DNA from: an uncultured Gemmatimonadaceae bacterium
Lineage (GTDB): Bacteria > Gemmatimonadota > Gemmatimonadetes > Gemmatimonadales > GWC2-71-9
DNA length: 64,000 nucleotides
Assembly: GCA_964647615.1 (NCBI GenBank)
Contig: CAZYIV010000006.1
Coordinates: 3,679 to 67,678 of the forward strand
Direction of reading: 5' to 3'
Position 1 is the stretch's first letter; each line of letters opens with the position of its first letter. The notes under the pieces were generated by a model. That model worked only from the letters and a program-made list of their open reading frames with translations, searched no databases and was not told the origin of the DNA. Shown in pieces: positions 37,864 through 46,139 of the stretch. The translations under genes were made by a program, and so were the position numbers.

Positions 37864-38814
37864 CTAGGCATTCGACGCGCGGCTCTTGTCCATCGGGGTC
37901 CCGTGTCGGGCGAGCGCGTCCTGTGCCCGGATCCGGTCCCGTTCGAGTTGTGTCGTGAGCTCCGCGACCGAGCCGAAGCGCTCGGTGTCGCGCAGCCGTT
38001 CCACCCATTCCACCCGCACCCACTGGCCGTACAGGTCGGCGTCCACCCCGAAGAGGTGCACCTCGACGGTGCGCCGGACCTCGCCGAAGGTGGGCTTGGG
38101 ACCCTGGTTGAGCATCCCGCCGGCCACCCCGCCGGCCCATTCCACCCGGGCGGCGTATACCCCGTCCGGCGGCAGCAGCTTCCGCTCCCCGTACTCCCCG
38201 ACGTTGATCGTGGGGATCCCGATCGCGCGGCCCCGCCCCTCGCCCCGGACGACCCGGCCGCTCAGGGTGTAGGGCCGCCCCAGCAGTGCCCGGGCGGTGG
38301 CCAGGTCTCCGCCGGCGACGGCGCGGCGGATCGCGGTGCTGGAGACAGGATGCCCTCCGGCCTGCACCACGCCCACCACATCCACCGCGAAGCCGTCGCT
38401 CTCGCCCAGCCGGCGCAGCGTGCCCACGTCCCCGCTGCGCCCGCGGCCGAAGGCGTGGTCGTGCCCGATCACCAGCTCCCGCATGCCGCAGCGGGCGATC
38501 AGCACCTGCCGGACGAACTCCTCGGGCGACAGGTTGGCCAGCGCCCGGTCGAACCGCAGGAACACCGCGTAGTCGAGCCCCGTCTGCGCCAGCACCTCGC
38601 GCCGCTCCGGCCCCGTCGTGAGCAGCGGGGGCGCCGCCTGGGGATTCACCACCTCGAGCGGGTGCGGGTCGAAGGTGACCAGCACGCTCTTGCGGCCCAC
38701 CGCGCGGGCCCGCCGGGTGATCTCCTCCAGCACCGCCACGTGGCCCCGGTGGACCCCGTCGAACGAGCCGACGGTGACCACCGTGCCCTCCGGATGCGGC
38801 GGCAGCAGCGGCAT
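37864..38814 (-). CDS. ribF: bifunctional riboflavin kinase / FMN adenylyltransferase
   Basis: Track ORF of 316 aa. GSFDGVHRGH, PTINV and the C-terminal kinase domain. Confidence 0.9.
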   Translation of the reverse strand: MPLLPPHPEGTVVTVGSFDGVHRGHVAVLEEITRRARAVGRKSVLVTFDPHPLEVVNPQAAPPLLTTGPERREVLAQTGLDYAVFLRFDRALANLSPEEFVRQVLIARCGMRELVIGHDHAFGRGRSGDVGTLRRLGESDGFAVDVVGVVQAGGHPVSSTAIRRAVAGGDLATARALLGRPYTLSGRVVRGEGRGRAIGIPTINVGEYGERKLLPPDGVYAARVEWAGGVAGGMLNQGPKPTFGEVRRTVEVHLFGVDADLYGQWVRVEWVERLRDTERFGSVAELTTQLERDRIRAQDALARHGTPMDKSRASNA

Positions 38815-39656
38815 CAGCCGGCCGCCTCCAGCACCACCTCGGGCTGGAAGCCCCCGGGGCCGAACCGACCGATCGCCACCAGCTGCCCCGCCGGGCCCAC
38901 CGCACAGGTGGCCCCCGCGGCCGCCGTGCCCTCGCGCGGGAGCGGCTGCCCGAACCCGAGCCGCCGCGCCTCCGCCTCCGACACCTCTATCCGGGGCAGA
39001 TGCCCCAGCACCGCGAGGGGTGGCTGGAGCGCGGCCTCGGTCACCAGGTCGAGTGCCACCGCCTGCTCCACCCGGAGCCCGCCGATCGCCTCCCGCCGCA
39101 GCGCGGTGAGGTGCCCGCCGGTGCCCAGCGCGGCGCCCAGGTCGCGGGCCAGCGCGCGGACGTAGGTGCCGGCGCTCACGTGGGCGCGGAACTGGAGCTC
39201 CGGATAGGCGTATCGCACCAGTTCCAGCGCATGCACCACGATCGCCACCTCGGGCAGGTCCACCGGCTCGCCCCGGCGGGCGCGGGCGTAGGCCCGTTCC
39301 CCCTCGAGGTGCTTGGCCGAAAACGCCGGCGGCCGCTGCCGCCCGGCCCCTACCAGCGCCGCCAGCGCCGCCCGCACCGCCTCCGGCGCCGGGGGCGTCT
39401 CCACCGCCGTGGCCGGCAGCGGCTCCCCGGTGGCGTCGTCGGTGGTGGTCGCCACCCCGAGCCGGGCGGTCGCGAGGTAGCGCTTGGCCTGCTGCTCCAC
39501 GAACCGCGCCAGCCGGGTCGCCCGGCCCACCAGCACCACCAGCAAGCCGGTGGCGAAGGGATCCAGCGTCCCCGTGTGCCCCACCGCCCGGGTCCGCAGG
39601 GCCCGCCGCACCCGGGCCACGACGTCGTGGCTGGTCAGCCCGGCGGGCTTGTCCAC
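38814..39656 (-). CDS. truB: tRNA pseudouridine(55) synthase
   Basis: Track ORF of 280 aa starting at GTG 39656 (VDKPAGLTSHDVV, GHTGTLDP). The conserved G.LLVDKP extends upstream of this GTG. A CTG at 39674 overlaps the rbfA stop (CTGA) and is an alternative start. Confidence 0.9.
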   Translation of the reverse strand: MDKPAGLTSHDVVARVRRALRTRAVGHTGTLDPFATGLLVVLVGRATRLARFVEQQAKRYLATARLGVATTTDDATGEPLPATAVETPPAPEAVRAALAALVGAGRQRPPAFSAKHLEGERAYARARRGEPVDLPEVAIVVHALELVRYAYPELQFRAHVSAGTYVRALARDLGAALGTGGHLTALRREAIGGLRVEQAVALDLVTEAALQPPLAVLGHLPRIEVSEAEARRLGFGQPLPREGTAAAGATCAVGPAGQLVAIGRFGPGGFQPEVVLEAAG

Positions 39657-39670
39657 CAGCAGCGCGCCGG

Positions 39671-40030
39671 TCAGTCCCCCGGCTCCTCGCGCAGTTCGGA
39701 CAGGATCCGGTTGATCCGCGCCGCGTGCTCCAGCCCCCGGTCCAGCTCGAACCGGAGTTCCGGCACCGTCCGGGTGGCCAGCGCCTGCCCCACCTTGCGG
39801 CGCAGGAAGCCGGCGGCGCTCCTGAGCCCTTCCAGCGCCGGCTCGCGGCCGGCCTCGTCGCCCATCACGCTCACCCGCACCGTGGCCACCGACAGCTCGT
39901 TGGTCAGCCGCACCTCGGTGACGGTGACGAACCCGATCCGCGGGTCGCGCAGCTCGCCGAGCAGCGCGTCCGCGATCACCTGGCGCACGGTCTCGGCCAC
40001 CTGGTCGGGGCGGCGACGCGGCCCCTTCAT
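39671..40030 (-). CDS. rbfA: ribosome-binding factor A
   Basis: Track ORF of 119 aa. RVAETVRQ-like start, DPRIGFVTVTEVRLT motif. Confidence 0.9.
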   Translation of the reverse strand: MKGPRRRPDQVAETVRQVIADALLGELRDPRIGFVTVTEVRLTNELSVATVRVSVMGDEAGREPALEGLRSAAGFLRRKVGQALATRTVPELRFELDRGLEHAARINRILSELREEPGD

Positions 40031-40305
40031 GCCTGCCGGACCTCGGTGTCCATGATGCGCACGCCGTCCGCCTCCTCGATCAGCCGGTCGGCGGCGCGGA
40101 GGGTCTCCTCCACGGTGCGCCGGTCACTGCCCACCGCCGCACAGGCCAGGCCGGCCCGCTGCCACAGGTCCTGGTGCGCCACCTCCGCCACGCTCAGGTT
40201 GAGCGGCCGGAGGGCCGCCTTGAGCGCCTGCAGCACCGCCCGCTTTTCCTTGAGGGAGTGACAGCCCTCGAGGTGCAGGTCCCAGCTCCGGATCAGGGCG
40301 TGCAT
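40027..40305 (-). CDS. DUF503 family protein (YlxP-like)
   Basis: Track ORF of 92 aa. L.L.GCHSLKEKR motif. Conserved position between infB and rbfA. Confidence 0.8.
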   Translation of the reverse strand: MHALIRSWDLHLEGCHSLKEKRAVLQALKAALRPLNLSVAEVAHQDLWQRAGLACAAVGSDRRTVEETLRAADRLIEEADGVRIMDTEVRQA

Positions 40306-40324
40306 GCCGCCGCGGGCCGGCGGC

Positions 40325-43096
40325 TCACGCCGCGCCCGCGTCGTCCAGGGTGCGCTTCACTTCCTCGACCCGGTAGCACTGGATCATGTCGCCCACCTTG
40401 AGGTCGTTGTAGTTCTCGACCCCGATGCCGCACTCCAGCCCCTCCCGCACCTCGCGGACGTCGTCCTTGAAGCGCTTGAGGCTGGAGAGCTGGCCGTCGT
40501 ACACCTGCACCCCGTCCCGCAGCACCCGGGCCTTGCCGGTGCGCTGGATGATGCCGTTGCGGACCTGGCAGCCGGCGATGGTGCCCACCTTGCTCACCTT
40601 GAAGAGCTGCAGCACCTCGGCGTCGCCCAGCACGGTCTCCTTGCTCTCCGGCTTGAGCAGGCCTTCCAGCGCCTTCCGGACGTCGTCCACCGCCTCGTAG
40701 ATGATGCGGTAGGTGCGGACGTCCACCTGCTCCCGCTCGGCGGCCGCGCGGGCCCCCGCATCGGGCCGGACGTGGAAGCCGATGATGATCGCGCCGGAGG
40801 CCTTGGCCAGCAGCACGTCGCTCTCGCTGATCGAGCCCACCCCGCGGTGCACGATGTCCACCCGCACCTCGCCGGTGGAGAGCTGCCCCAGCGCGTCGGC
40901 CAGCGCCTCGGCCGGGCCACCCTGGTCGGCCTTGATGATGAGCCGTAGGGCCCCCACGGCGCCCTGCGCCAGCGCCCGGGAGATGTCCTCCAGCGAGCCA
41001 CCGCGCGCGGTGCGGCGGTTCTGCGCCTCGCGTTCCAGCCGCTGCCGCTTCTGGGCGATGTCCCGCGCCTCCACCGCGTCGGCGGTGACCAGGAAGTTGT
41101 CGCCCGGCGACGGCGTGCCCTCGAAGCCCAGGATCTGCACCGGGATCGAGGGGCCCGCCTCCTTCACGTTCTTGCCGCGCTCGTCGAACAGCGCGCGCAC
41201 CCGGCCGGAGAACTTGCCGCAGATGAAGTTGTCGCCGACCCGCAGGGTGCCCTTCTGCACCAGGATGGTCGCCACCGGGCCCTTGCCCGGGTCCAGGGTG
41301 GCTTCCACCACGGTGCCGGTCGCGGACCGGTCGGGGTTTGACTTGAGGTCGAGGATCTCCGCCTGGAGCAGGATCTGCTCCAGCAGCTTCTCCACGTTGG
41401 TGCCCTTCTTGGCCGAGATCGGGGTCGAGAGCACCTGGCCGCCGAACTCCTCCAGCACCACGTTGTGGCTCAGCAGGTCCTGCTTGACCTTCTGCACGTT
41501 GGCTGCGGGCAGGTCGATCTTGTTGATCGCGACGATCATCGGCACGCCGGCGTTCTTGGCGTGGCTGATCGCCTCCACCGTCTGCGGCATCACGGCGTCC
41601 TCGGCCGAGACCACCAGCACCACGATGTCGGTCACCTGCGCGCCACGGGCCCGCATGGCGGTGAACGCCTGGTGGCCCGGGGTGTCCAGGAAGGTGATCT
41701 TGCGCCCGTCCGGCAGGGTGACGTGGTAGGCACCGATGTGCTGGGTGATGCCGCCGGACTCGCCGGCGACCACGTTCGCCTTCCGGATGTAGTCGAGCAG
41801 CGAGGTCTTGCCGTGGTCCACGTGGCCCATGATGGTGACCACCGGCGGCCGCGGCACCTGCTGGCCCTCCTCCTCCGCCTCGTCCACGGTGCTTTCCGGG
41901 GCGGCGTACTCCTCTTCCTTCATCGCCTGGAAGCCGAACTCGGAGGCGATGAGCTCGATCTGGTCGAAGTCGAGGCGCTGGTTGACCGTCACCATCAGCC
42001 CCAGCTCCTTGAACGCCAGCTGCACGATCTGCGAGGCGGGCACCTTCATCAGGTCCGCCAGCTCCGCGACCGAGATGAACTCGTTCACCCGGATTCGGGT
42101 CTTCTCCCGCTCGCGCTCCTCCCGCTCCCGCTGCATCTGCTCGCGGTAGCCGCCGTCGTCGCGGCGGCCGGTGCGCTTGGTGGTGCCGCGGTGCATCCCG
42201 GCCAGGGTCTTCTCGATATTGGCCAGCACCGCTTCCTGGTCCACCCCCGACTTCCGGCCCTTCTTCTTCTTGCGCGCGCCACCCTTCTGGGCGTCGGGGC
42301 CGAAGTTGCGGCTCCGGTCGCCGGGGGCGGCGGTGCCGGTGCCCCCCGCGGCCGGCGGACGGCCGGGGCCACCCGGCCGCGGGCCGCCGGGGCGCGCGGT
42401 GCCGGGCGAGCTGGAGCTGAACACCGGGCGCGGACGCTGGAACCGCGGGACCTCGCCGCCCGGAGGGGCGACCGGTCGCGGAATGCGGGTGGGAATCCGG
42501 GGCGGCGCGCTCGGCGGTGCGCCGCTGGCGGCCGCGGGGAGCGACGGAGCGCTCGGCGCCGCGGGCGCCTCAGCCCCGCCCTCCGGGGTGGCGGCCGACG
42601 GCGTCGCCGCGTCGGGCGCCGCGCCCTCCTCGGCGGGGAGCGGCGGCAGGTCCTTGAAGAGGGCGCGGGCGCGCTCCTCGAGCGAGCTGGGGAGCATCGG
42701 CTCCTCCCGCCGCTCGACGGGCCGGCTCAGCTCCAGCGCCTCCTGCCGCAGCTGTTCCGCGGCGCGCTCGGCCTCCGCCTTCTCCTCGGCCTGCTGCACT
42801 TCGGCCGCGGTGCGGCGGCGCTTCACCGGCTTGGCCGGCTCGTCGACGGCCGCGGCTTCGACCGGCTTGGCCTTCTTGGTCGCCTTCTTGGCCCGCTTCT
42901 TCGGGGCCGGCTCCTCCGCCTGGGCCGCCTTCCGCTTCTCGCGCTCCCAGCGCACCCGGATGGCCGACACCTGGGCATCCTCGAGCGGCGACATGTGACT
43001 GCGCACGAAGATGTGCATGTCCCGGAGCATGCTCAGGAGCTGCTCCGCGGGCACGCCGAATTCCGCTGCCAGGTCGTGGACTCGCGTCTTGACCAC
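40325..43096 (-). CDS. infB: translation initiation factor IF-2
   Basis: Track ORF of 923 aa. Ala/Pro/Glu-rich N-terminal region. GHVDHGKTSLLD G-domain. C-terminal IF2 domains. Confidence 0.96.
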   Translation of the reverse strand: MVKTRVHDLAAEFGVPAEQLLSMLRDMHIFVRSHMSPLEDAQVSAIRVRWEREKRKAAQAEEPAPKKRAKKATKKAKPVEAAAVDEPAKPVKRRRTAAEVQQAEEKAEAERAAEQLRQEALELSRPVERREEPMLPSSLEERARALFKDLPPLPAEEGAAPDAATPSAATPEGGAEAPAAPSAPSLPAAASGAPPSAPPRIPTRIPRPVAPPGGEVPRFQRPRPVFSSSSPGTARPGGPRPGGPGRPPAAGGTGTAAPGDRSRNFGPDAQKGGARKKKKGRKSGVDQEAVLANIEKTLAGMHRGTTKRTGRRDDGGYREQMQREREEREREKTRIRVNEFISVAELADLMKVPASQIVQLAFKELGLMVTVNQRLDFDQIELIASEFGFQAMKEEEYAAPESTVDEAEEEGQQVPRPPVVTIMGHVDHGKTSLLDYIRKANVVAGESGGITQHIGAYHVTLPDGRKITFLDTPGHQAFTAMRARGAQVTDIVVLVVSAEDAVMPQTVEAISHAKNAGVPMIVAINKIDLPAANVQKVKQDLLSHNVVLEEFGGQVLSTPISAKKGTNVEKLLEQILLQAEILDLKSNPDRSATGTVVEATLDPGKGPVATILVQKGTLRVGDNFICGKFSGRVRALFDERGKNVKEAGPSIPVQILGFEGTPSPGDNFLVTADAVEARDIAQKRQRLEREAQNRRTARGGSLEDISRALAQGAVGALRLIIKADQGGPAEALADALGQLSTGEVRVDIVHRGVGSISESDVLLAKASGAIIIGFHVRPDAGARAAAEREQVDVRTYRIIYEAVDDVRKALEGLLKPESKETVLGDAEVLQLFKVSKVGTIAGCQVRNGIIQRTGKARVLRDGVQVYDGQLSSLKRFKDDVREVREGLECGIGVENYNDLKVGDMIQCYRVEEVKRTLDDAGAA

Positions 43097-43381
43097 TCAC
43101 GCCTCCCTGTGGGCCCCGCCCGGGCTCGTCTCCACGAGACCCTGGGCCAGCGCCCGGTCCAGCACACCGGCGACCATGATGGCGGGCCGTCCCAGCCGCG
43201 CCCCGATCGCCTCCGCGGCCGGCCCGTCGAGGAGGGGAATCCCCTTCGCCCGGGCCAGCCGAACCACCTTCTCCTGCGCCCGGCGGCTCGCGTCGCCGGC
43301 AATCACCACTGCCCGGACCCGCCCCGCCTGCAGCGCGGCCCGCACCGCATCCACCCCCAGCACCACCGTGCCGGCCCGCAC
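43097..43381 (-). CDS. L7Ae/YlxQ-family RNA-binding protein
   Basis: Track ORF of 94 aa from GTG 43381. The conserved LLGLGVRAG...G...V extends upstream of the GTG, where only CTG codons are available. Classic position between nusA and infB. Confidence 0.7.
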   Translation of the reverse strand: MRAGTVVLGVDAVRAALQAGRVRAVVIAGDASRRAQEKVVRLARAKGIPLLDGPAAEAIGARLGRPAIMVAGVLDRALAQGLVETSPGGAHREA

Positions 43382-43409
43382 TCCCAGGCCCAGCAGGCGG
43401 AGCCGCGCC

Positions 43410-44723
43410 TCACTGTCCGGCGTCGTCCCCGCCCTCCTCGGTCAGCTCCGCCAGGAAGGCCACCAGCTGCTCGGCCCGCTCCGGGGTCATGCCGGGGATC
43501 TTGTCGATGTCCTCGCGCTCGAGGTCGAGCACGTCGTTGAGGGTCTGGTACCCCGCCCCGTTCAGGATGGCCACCAGCTCGGGGGTCAGGCCCTTCAGCT
43601 CGGTCAGCGGCAGCTGCATGACCGCCTCGTCCTCCGGCGGCAGCGGGGCGAACAGCGGCCCCTCGCCGCCCCGCTCCAGCCACTCGCGGCTGGAGTAGAG
43701 GTCGATCTTCCAGCCGGTCAGCTCCGAGGCCAGGCGGACGTTCTGCCCGTTCCGCCCGATGGCCAGCGACAGCTGGTCCTCGTCCACCACCGCCTGGATG
43801 GTCTTGGAGACCGGGTCGGAGAACACCTTGGCCACGCGGGCCGGGGCCAGCGCCAGCCGGGCGAAGCGCTCCGGGTCCGGCGACCAGGGCACGATGTCGA
43901 TACGCTCACCGCCCAGCTCGTTGACCACCGCCTGCACCCGCGAGCCCTTGAGGCCCACGCAGGCGCCCACCGGGTCGATGGCGTCGTCCCGGGAGATGAC
44001 CGCGATCTTGGTGCGGCTGCCGACCTCGCGCGCCCAGGCGCGGATGTCCACCACGCCCTGCTGGATCTCCGGCACCTCCAGCTTGAACAGCGCCTTCACG
44101 AAGAGCGGGTCCGCGCGGGACAGGATCAGCCGCGGCCCCTTGGGCGTCTCCTCCAGCCGCTTGAGCACGGCCCGGATGGTGTCGCCCTGGTGGAACTTCT
44201 CGCGGTGGTTCTGCTCCCGGTACGGGATGATCGCCTCCGCCTCGCGGAAGCGGTTGAGCATGATGACCAGCTTGCCCCGCTCGATCTGCTGCACCTCGCC
44301 CGAGAGCAGCTCGCCCACCTTGCCGGCGAACTCGTCCCGGATCCGGGTCCGCTCGCCCTCGCGCACCCGCTGGATGATCCGCTGCTTGGCGGCCTGCACC
44401 GCCAGCCGGCCGAACTCGGCGAAGGGGACCTCTTCCTCGAGCATGTCGCCCACGGCGAACTCGGGGTCCTCGTACTGCGCCTCCTCCAGCGAGATCTGCG
44501 CGCTGTCGTCCTCCACCGCCTCCACCACCTGGCGCAGCCGGATGACCTTGATCGCGCCCTTCAGCTCGTCGAACTCGAGCTCGAAGCGCACGTTGGGACC
44601 GTAGCGGCGCGCCAGCGCGGCATGGATTCCATCCCGCAGCAGGTCGAGCAGTTCGGTCCGGTCCAGCTGCTTGCTGGTGGTGAGCTCCCGAATGGCGCTC
44701 AGGACTTCCGCAGAGCCTGACAT
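43410..44723 (-). CDS. nusA: transcription termination/antitermination factor NusA
   Basis: Track ORF of 437 aa. S1 and two KH domains (RTKIAVISRD, GACVGLKGSRVQAVVNELGGERIDIV, AIGRNGQNVRLASELTGWKIDL). Confidence 0.96.
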   Translation of the reverse strand: MSGSAEVLSAIRELTTSKQLDRTELLDLLRDGIHAALARRYGPNVRFELEFDELKGAIKVIRLRQVVEAVEDDSAQISLEEAQYEDPEFAVGDMLEEEVPFAEFGRLAVQAAKQRIIQRVREGERTRIRDEFAGKVGELLSGEVQQIERGKLVIMLNRFREAEAIIPYREQNHREKFHQGDTIRAVLKRLEETPKGPRLILSRADPLFVKALFKLEVPEIQQGVVDIRAWAREVGSRTKIAVISRDDAIDPVGACVGLKGSRVQAVVNELGGERIDIVPWSPDPERFARLALAPARVAKVFSDPVSKTIQAVVDEDQLSLAIGRNGQNVRLASELTGWKIDLYSSREWLERGGEGPLFAPLPPEDEAVMQLPLTELKGLTPELVAILNGAGYQTLNDVLDLEREDIDKIPGMTPERAEQLVAFLAELTEEGGDDAGQ

Positions 44724-44740
44724 CCGATTCTCCTGCCCCC

Positions 44741-45229
44741 TCAGGGGCCCCGGCGGCCGTCCGCCGGATCCTGCTCCATGAGCAACGCTTCCTTGATCGT
44801 GTCGAGCGGCAGCTCCAGCTCGGTCCCGTCGGGCAACCCGAGCCGCACCGCCCCGTCGTCGGCGGCGACCGCGAGGATCACCGCCCGGGGATGGCCGCGA
44901 ACGCCGCGGGCCGTCAGCTTCACCGTGCGCCCGGCATACCGCCGCCAGTGCTCCGCGAACCGCACCGGCCGCTCGATCCCCGGCGAGGAGACCTGCAGCA
45001 CGTAGCGCGGACCGACGCCGCCCTCCGCCTCGAGGTACGCCTCCAGCGCCCGGCTCGCCCGGGCACAGTCCTCGGCGGTGACGCCGTGCCCCGGACGACT
45101 GTCCGGCCGGTCGATCCGCACCTGAATGGAGGGATTGCCCGACGGACCGCTCCGGCGAAACTCCACCAGCTCGAAACCCAGCTCGGTGACGAGGTGGCGC
45201 ACAGCCGGAAGGAGCGGATCAGCGACCAT
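44741..45229 (-). CDS. rimP: ribosome maturation factor RimP
   Basis: C-terminal 162 aa of track ORF 44741..45340. ATG 45229 (MVADPLLPAVRHLVTELGFELVEFR). The upstream part of the track ORF runs through a terminator hairpin and a T8 tract, so I reject it. Confidence 0.85.
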   Translation of the reverse strand: MVADPLLPAVRHLVTELGFELVEFRRSGPSGNPSIQVRIDRPDSRPGHGVTAEDCARASRALEAYLEAEGGVGPRYVLQVSSPGIERPVRFAEHWRRYAGRTVKLTARGVRGHPRAVILAVAADDGAVRLGLPDGTELELPLDTIKEALLMEQDPADGRRGP

Positions 45230-45241
45230 AGGGATAGGCCG

Positions 45242-45270
45242 AAAAAAAATGTGGGGGAACTCCCCCACAT
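45242..45270 (-). terminator. canonical intrinsic terminator 13 nt upstream of rimP
   Basis: On the minus strand: ATGTGGGGG-agtt-CCCCCACAT (perfect 9-bp stem) followed by an uninterrupted T run (8 T in total, counting the last stem base). It is the most AT-rich spot in the window. Confidence 0.8.
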
Positions 45271-45311
45271 CGGTCAGCGTCGCGCGCTGGAGCTCCCCGA
45301 ACAGCGCGGGA

Positions 45312-45340
45312 AGTATAGGGCTGGTGCGGGGTTTCGTCAA
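45312..45340 (-). promoter_or_regulatory. near-consensus sigma70-type promoter TTGACG-N17-TATACT
   Basis: Read on the minus strand. The -35 element overlaps the pgeF stop codon. The predicted TSS near 45305 lies upstream of the terminator at 45242-45270. Confidence 0.5.
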
Positions 45341-46134
45341 TCAGCCCCGGCGTCCGGTCGCTGGGGCCGGCCGAGGTAAGCGACCATCCGCCCATCGCTC
45401 CCCCGGGAGGCCCGGTGGCTGTAGAAGAGCGGCCGGTCGTGGGCCGAGCACCATTGTGATGTGGAAACAGCGCCGAGACCCAGACTCCGGGCCTGCTCCG
45501 CCAGGACCGCCCGCAGGTCGGCGTGGTACGGGCCGTTCCCTTCTCGCGGCAAGCCGCACCCATCCATGACTTCAGAACCAACTTCATAGCAGGCGCCGCA
45601 AATACTTACTCCACAGTGCATTACGACATTCTCCACAACCGAGCCGAACTGTTCGACCATCCTCGAGACGGCGGAGGTAAGGATCCCCGCCGCGGTCCCC
45701 CGCCAGCCACTGTGCAGCAGTCCGATCGTACCCGTTACTGGGTCGGCGAGGTAGACCGGGACGCAGTCGGCCACCGTCACGGTGAGCAGGAGCCCCGCCG
45801 TCCCTGTGAGGTGCCCGTCCACCCCTTCGAGTTGGAGCCATCCCTCCCCCGGCCCGTGCACCGCCACCCGGGTCTGGTGCACCTGGGTGCCCAGTATCAC
45901 GCCCGGGAACCCCGCTTCGGCCCGGCGGAACGCCCGCCAGCGGGTCATGACCTCCCCGACCGGGGCGTCGGTCCAGAGCCCCAGGTCGAATCCGCGCCCC
46001 GCCCCGGGCCCCCGACCGGAGATGCCGGCCACCAGGCCGTAGCGCTCCCGCCAGCCGGGGACCTCGAAGCGCGGCACCTCGCCCGGCAGCTCCACCTCGC
46101 GGAGCGGGGTGACGGCCGGCGTCGCGGGGGCCAC
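45337..46134 (-). CDS. pgeF: laccase-domain / peptidoglycan editing factor family protein (YfiH/PgeF)
   Basis: Track ORF of 265 aa. TVADCVPV, LLHSGWRGT and CGACYEV motifs. Confidence 0.85.
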   Translation of the reverse strand: MAPATPAVTPLREVELPGEVPRFEVPGWRERYGLVAGISGRGPGAGRGFDLGLWTDAPVGEVMTRWRAFRRAEAGFPGVILGTQVHQTRVAVHGPGEGWLQLEGVDGHLTGTAGLLLTVTVADCVPVYLADPVTGTIGLLHSGWRGTAAGILTSAVSRMVEQFGSVVENVVMHCGVSICGACYEVGSEVMDGCGLPREGNGPYHADLRAVLAEQARSLGLGAVSTSQWCSAHDRPLFYSHRASRGSDGRMVAYLGRPQRPDAGAD

Positions 46135-46139
46135 CGGCG

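Noticed and set aside
45283-45308. A 7-bp inverted repeat (CGCGCTG...CAGCGCG) between the rimP promoter and the terminator, considered as an antiterminator.
   Set aside because: It overlaps the predicted transcription start. I found no segment able to pair with either terminator arm, so there is no evidence for an alternative structure.
44741-45340. A 199-aa version of RimP starting at TTG 45340.
   Set aside because: It would translate through a promoter-like region and a perfect terminator hairpin plus T8 tract. The ATG at 45229 gives a normal-length RimP.
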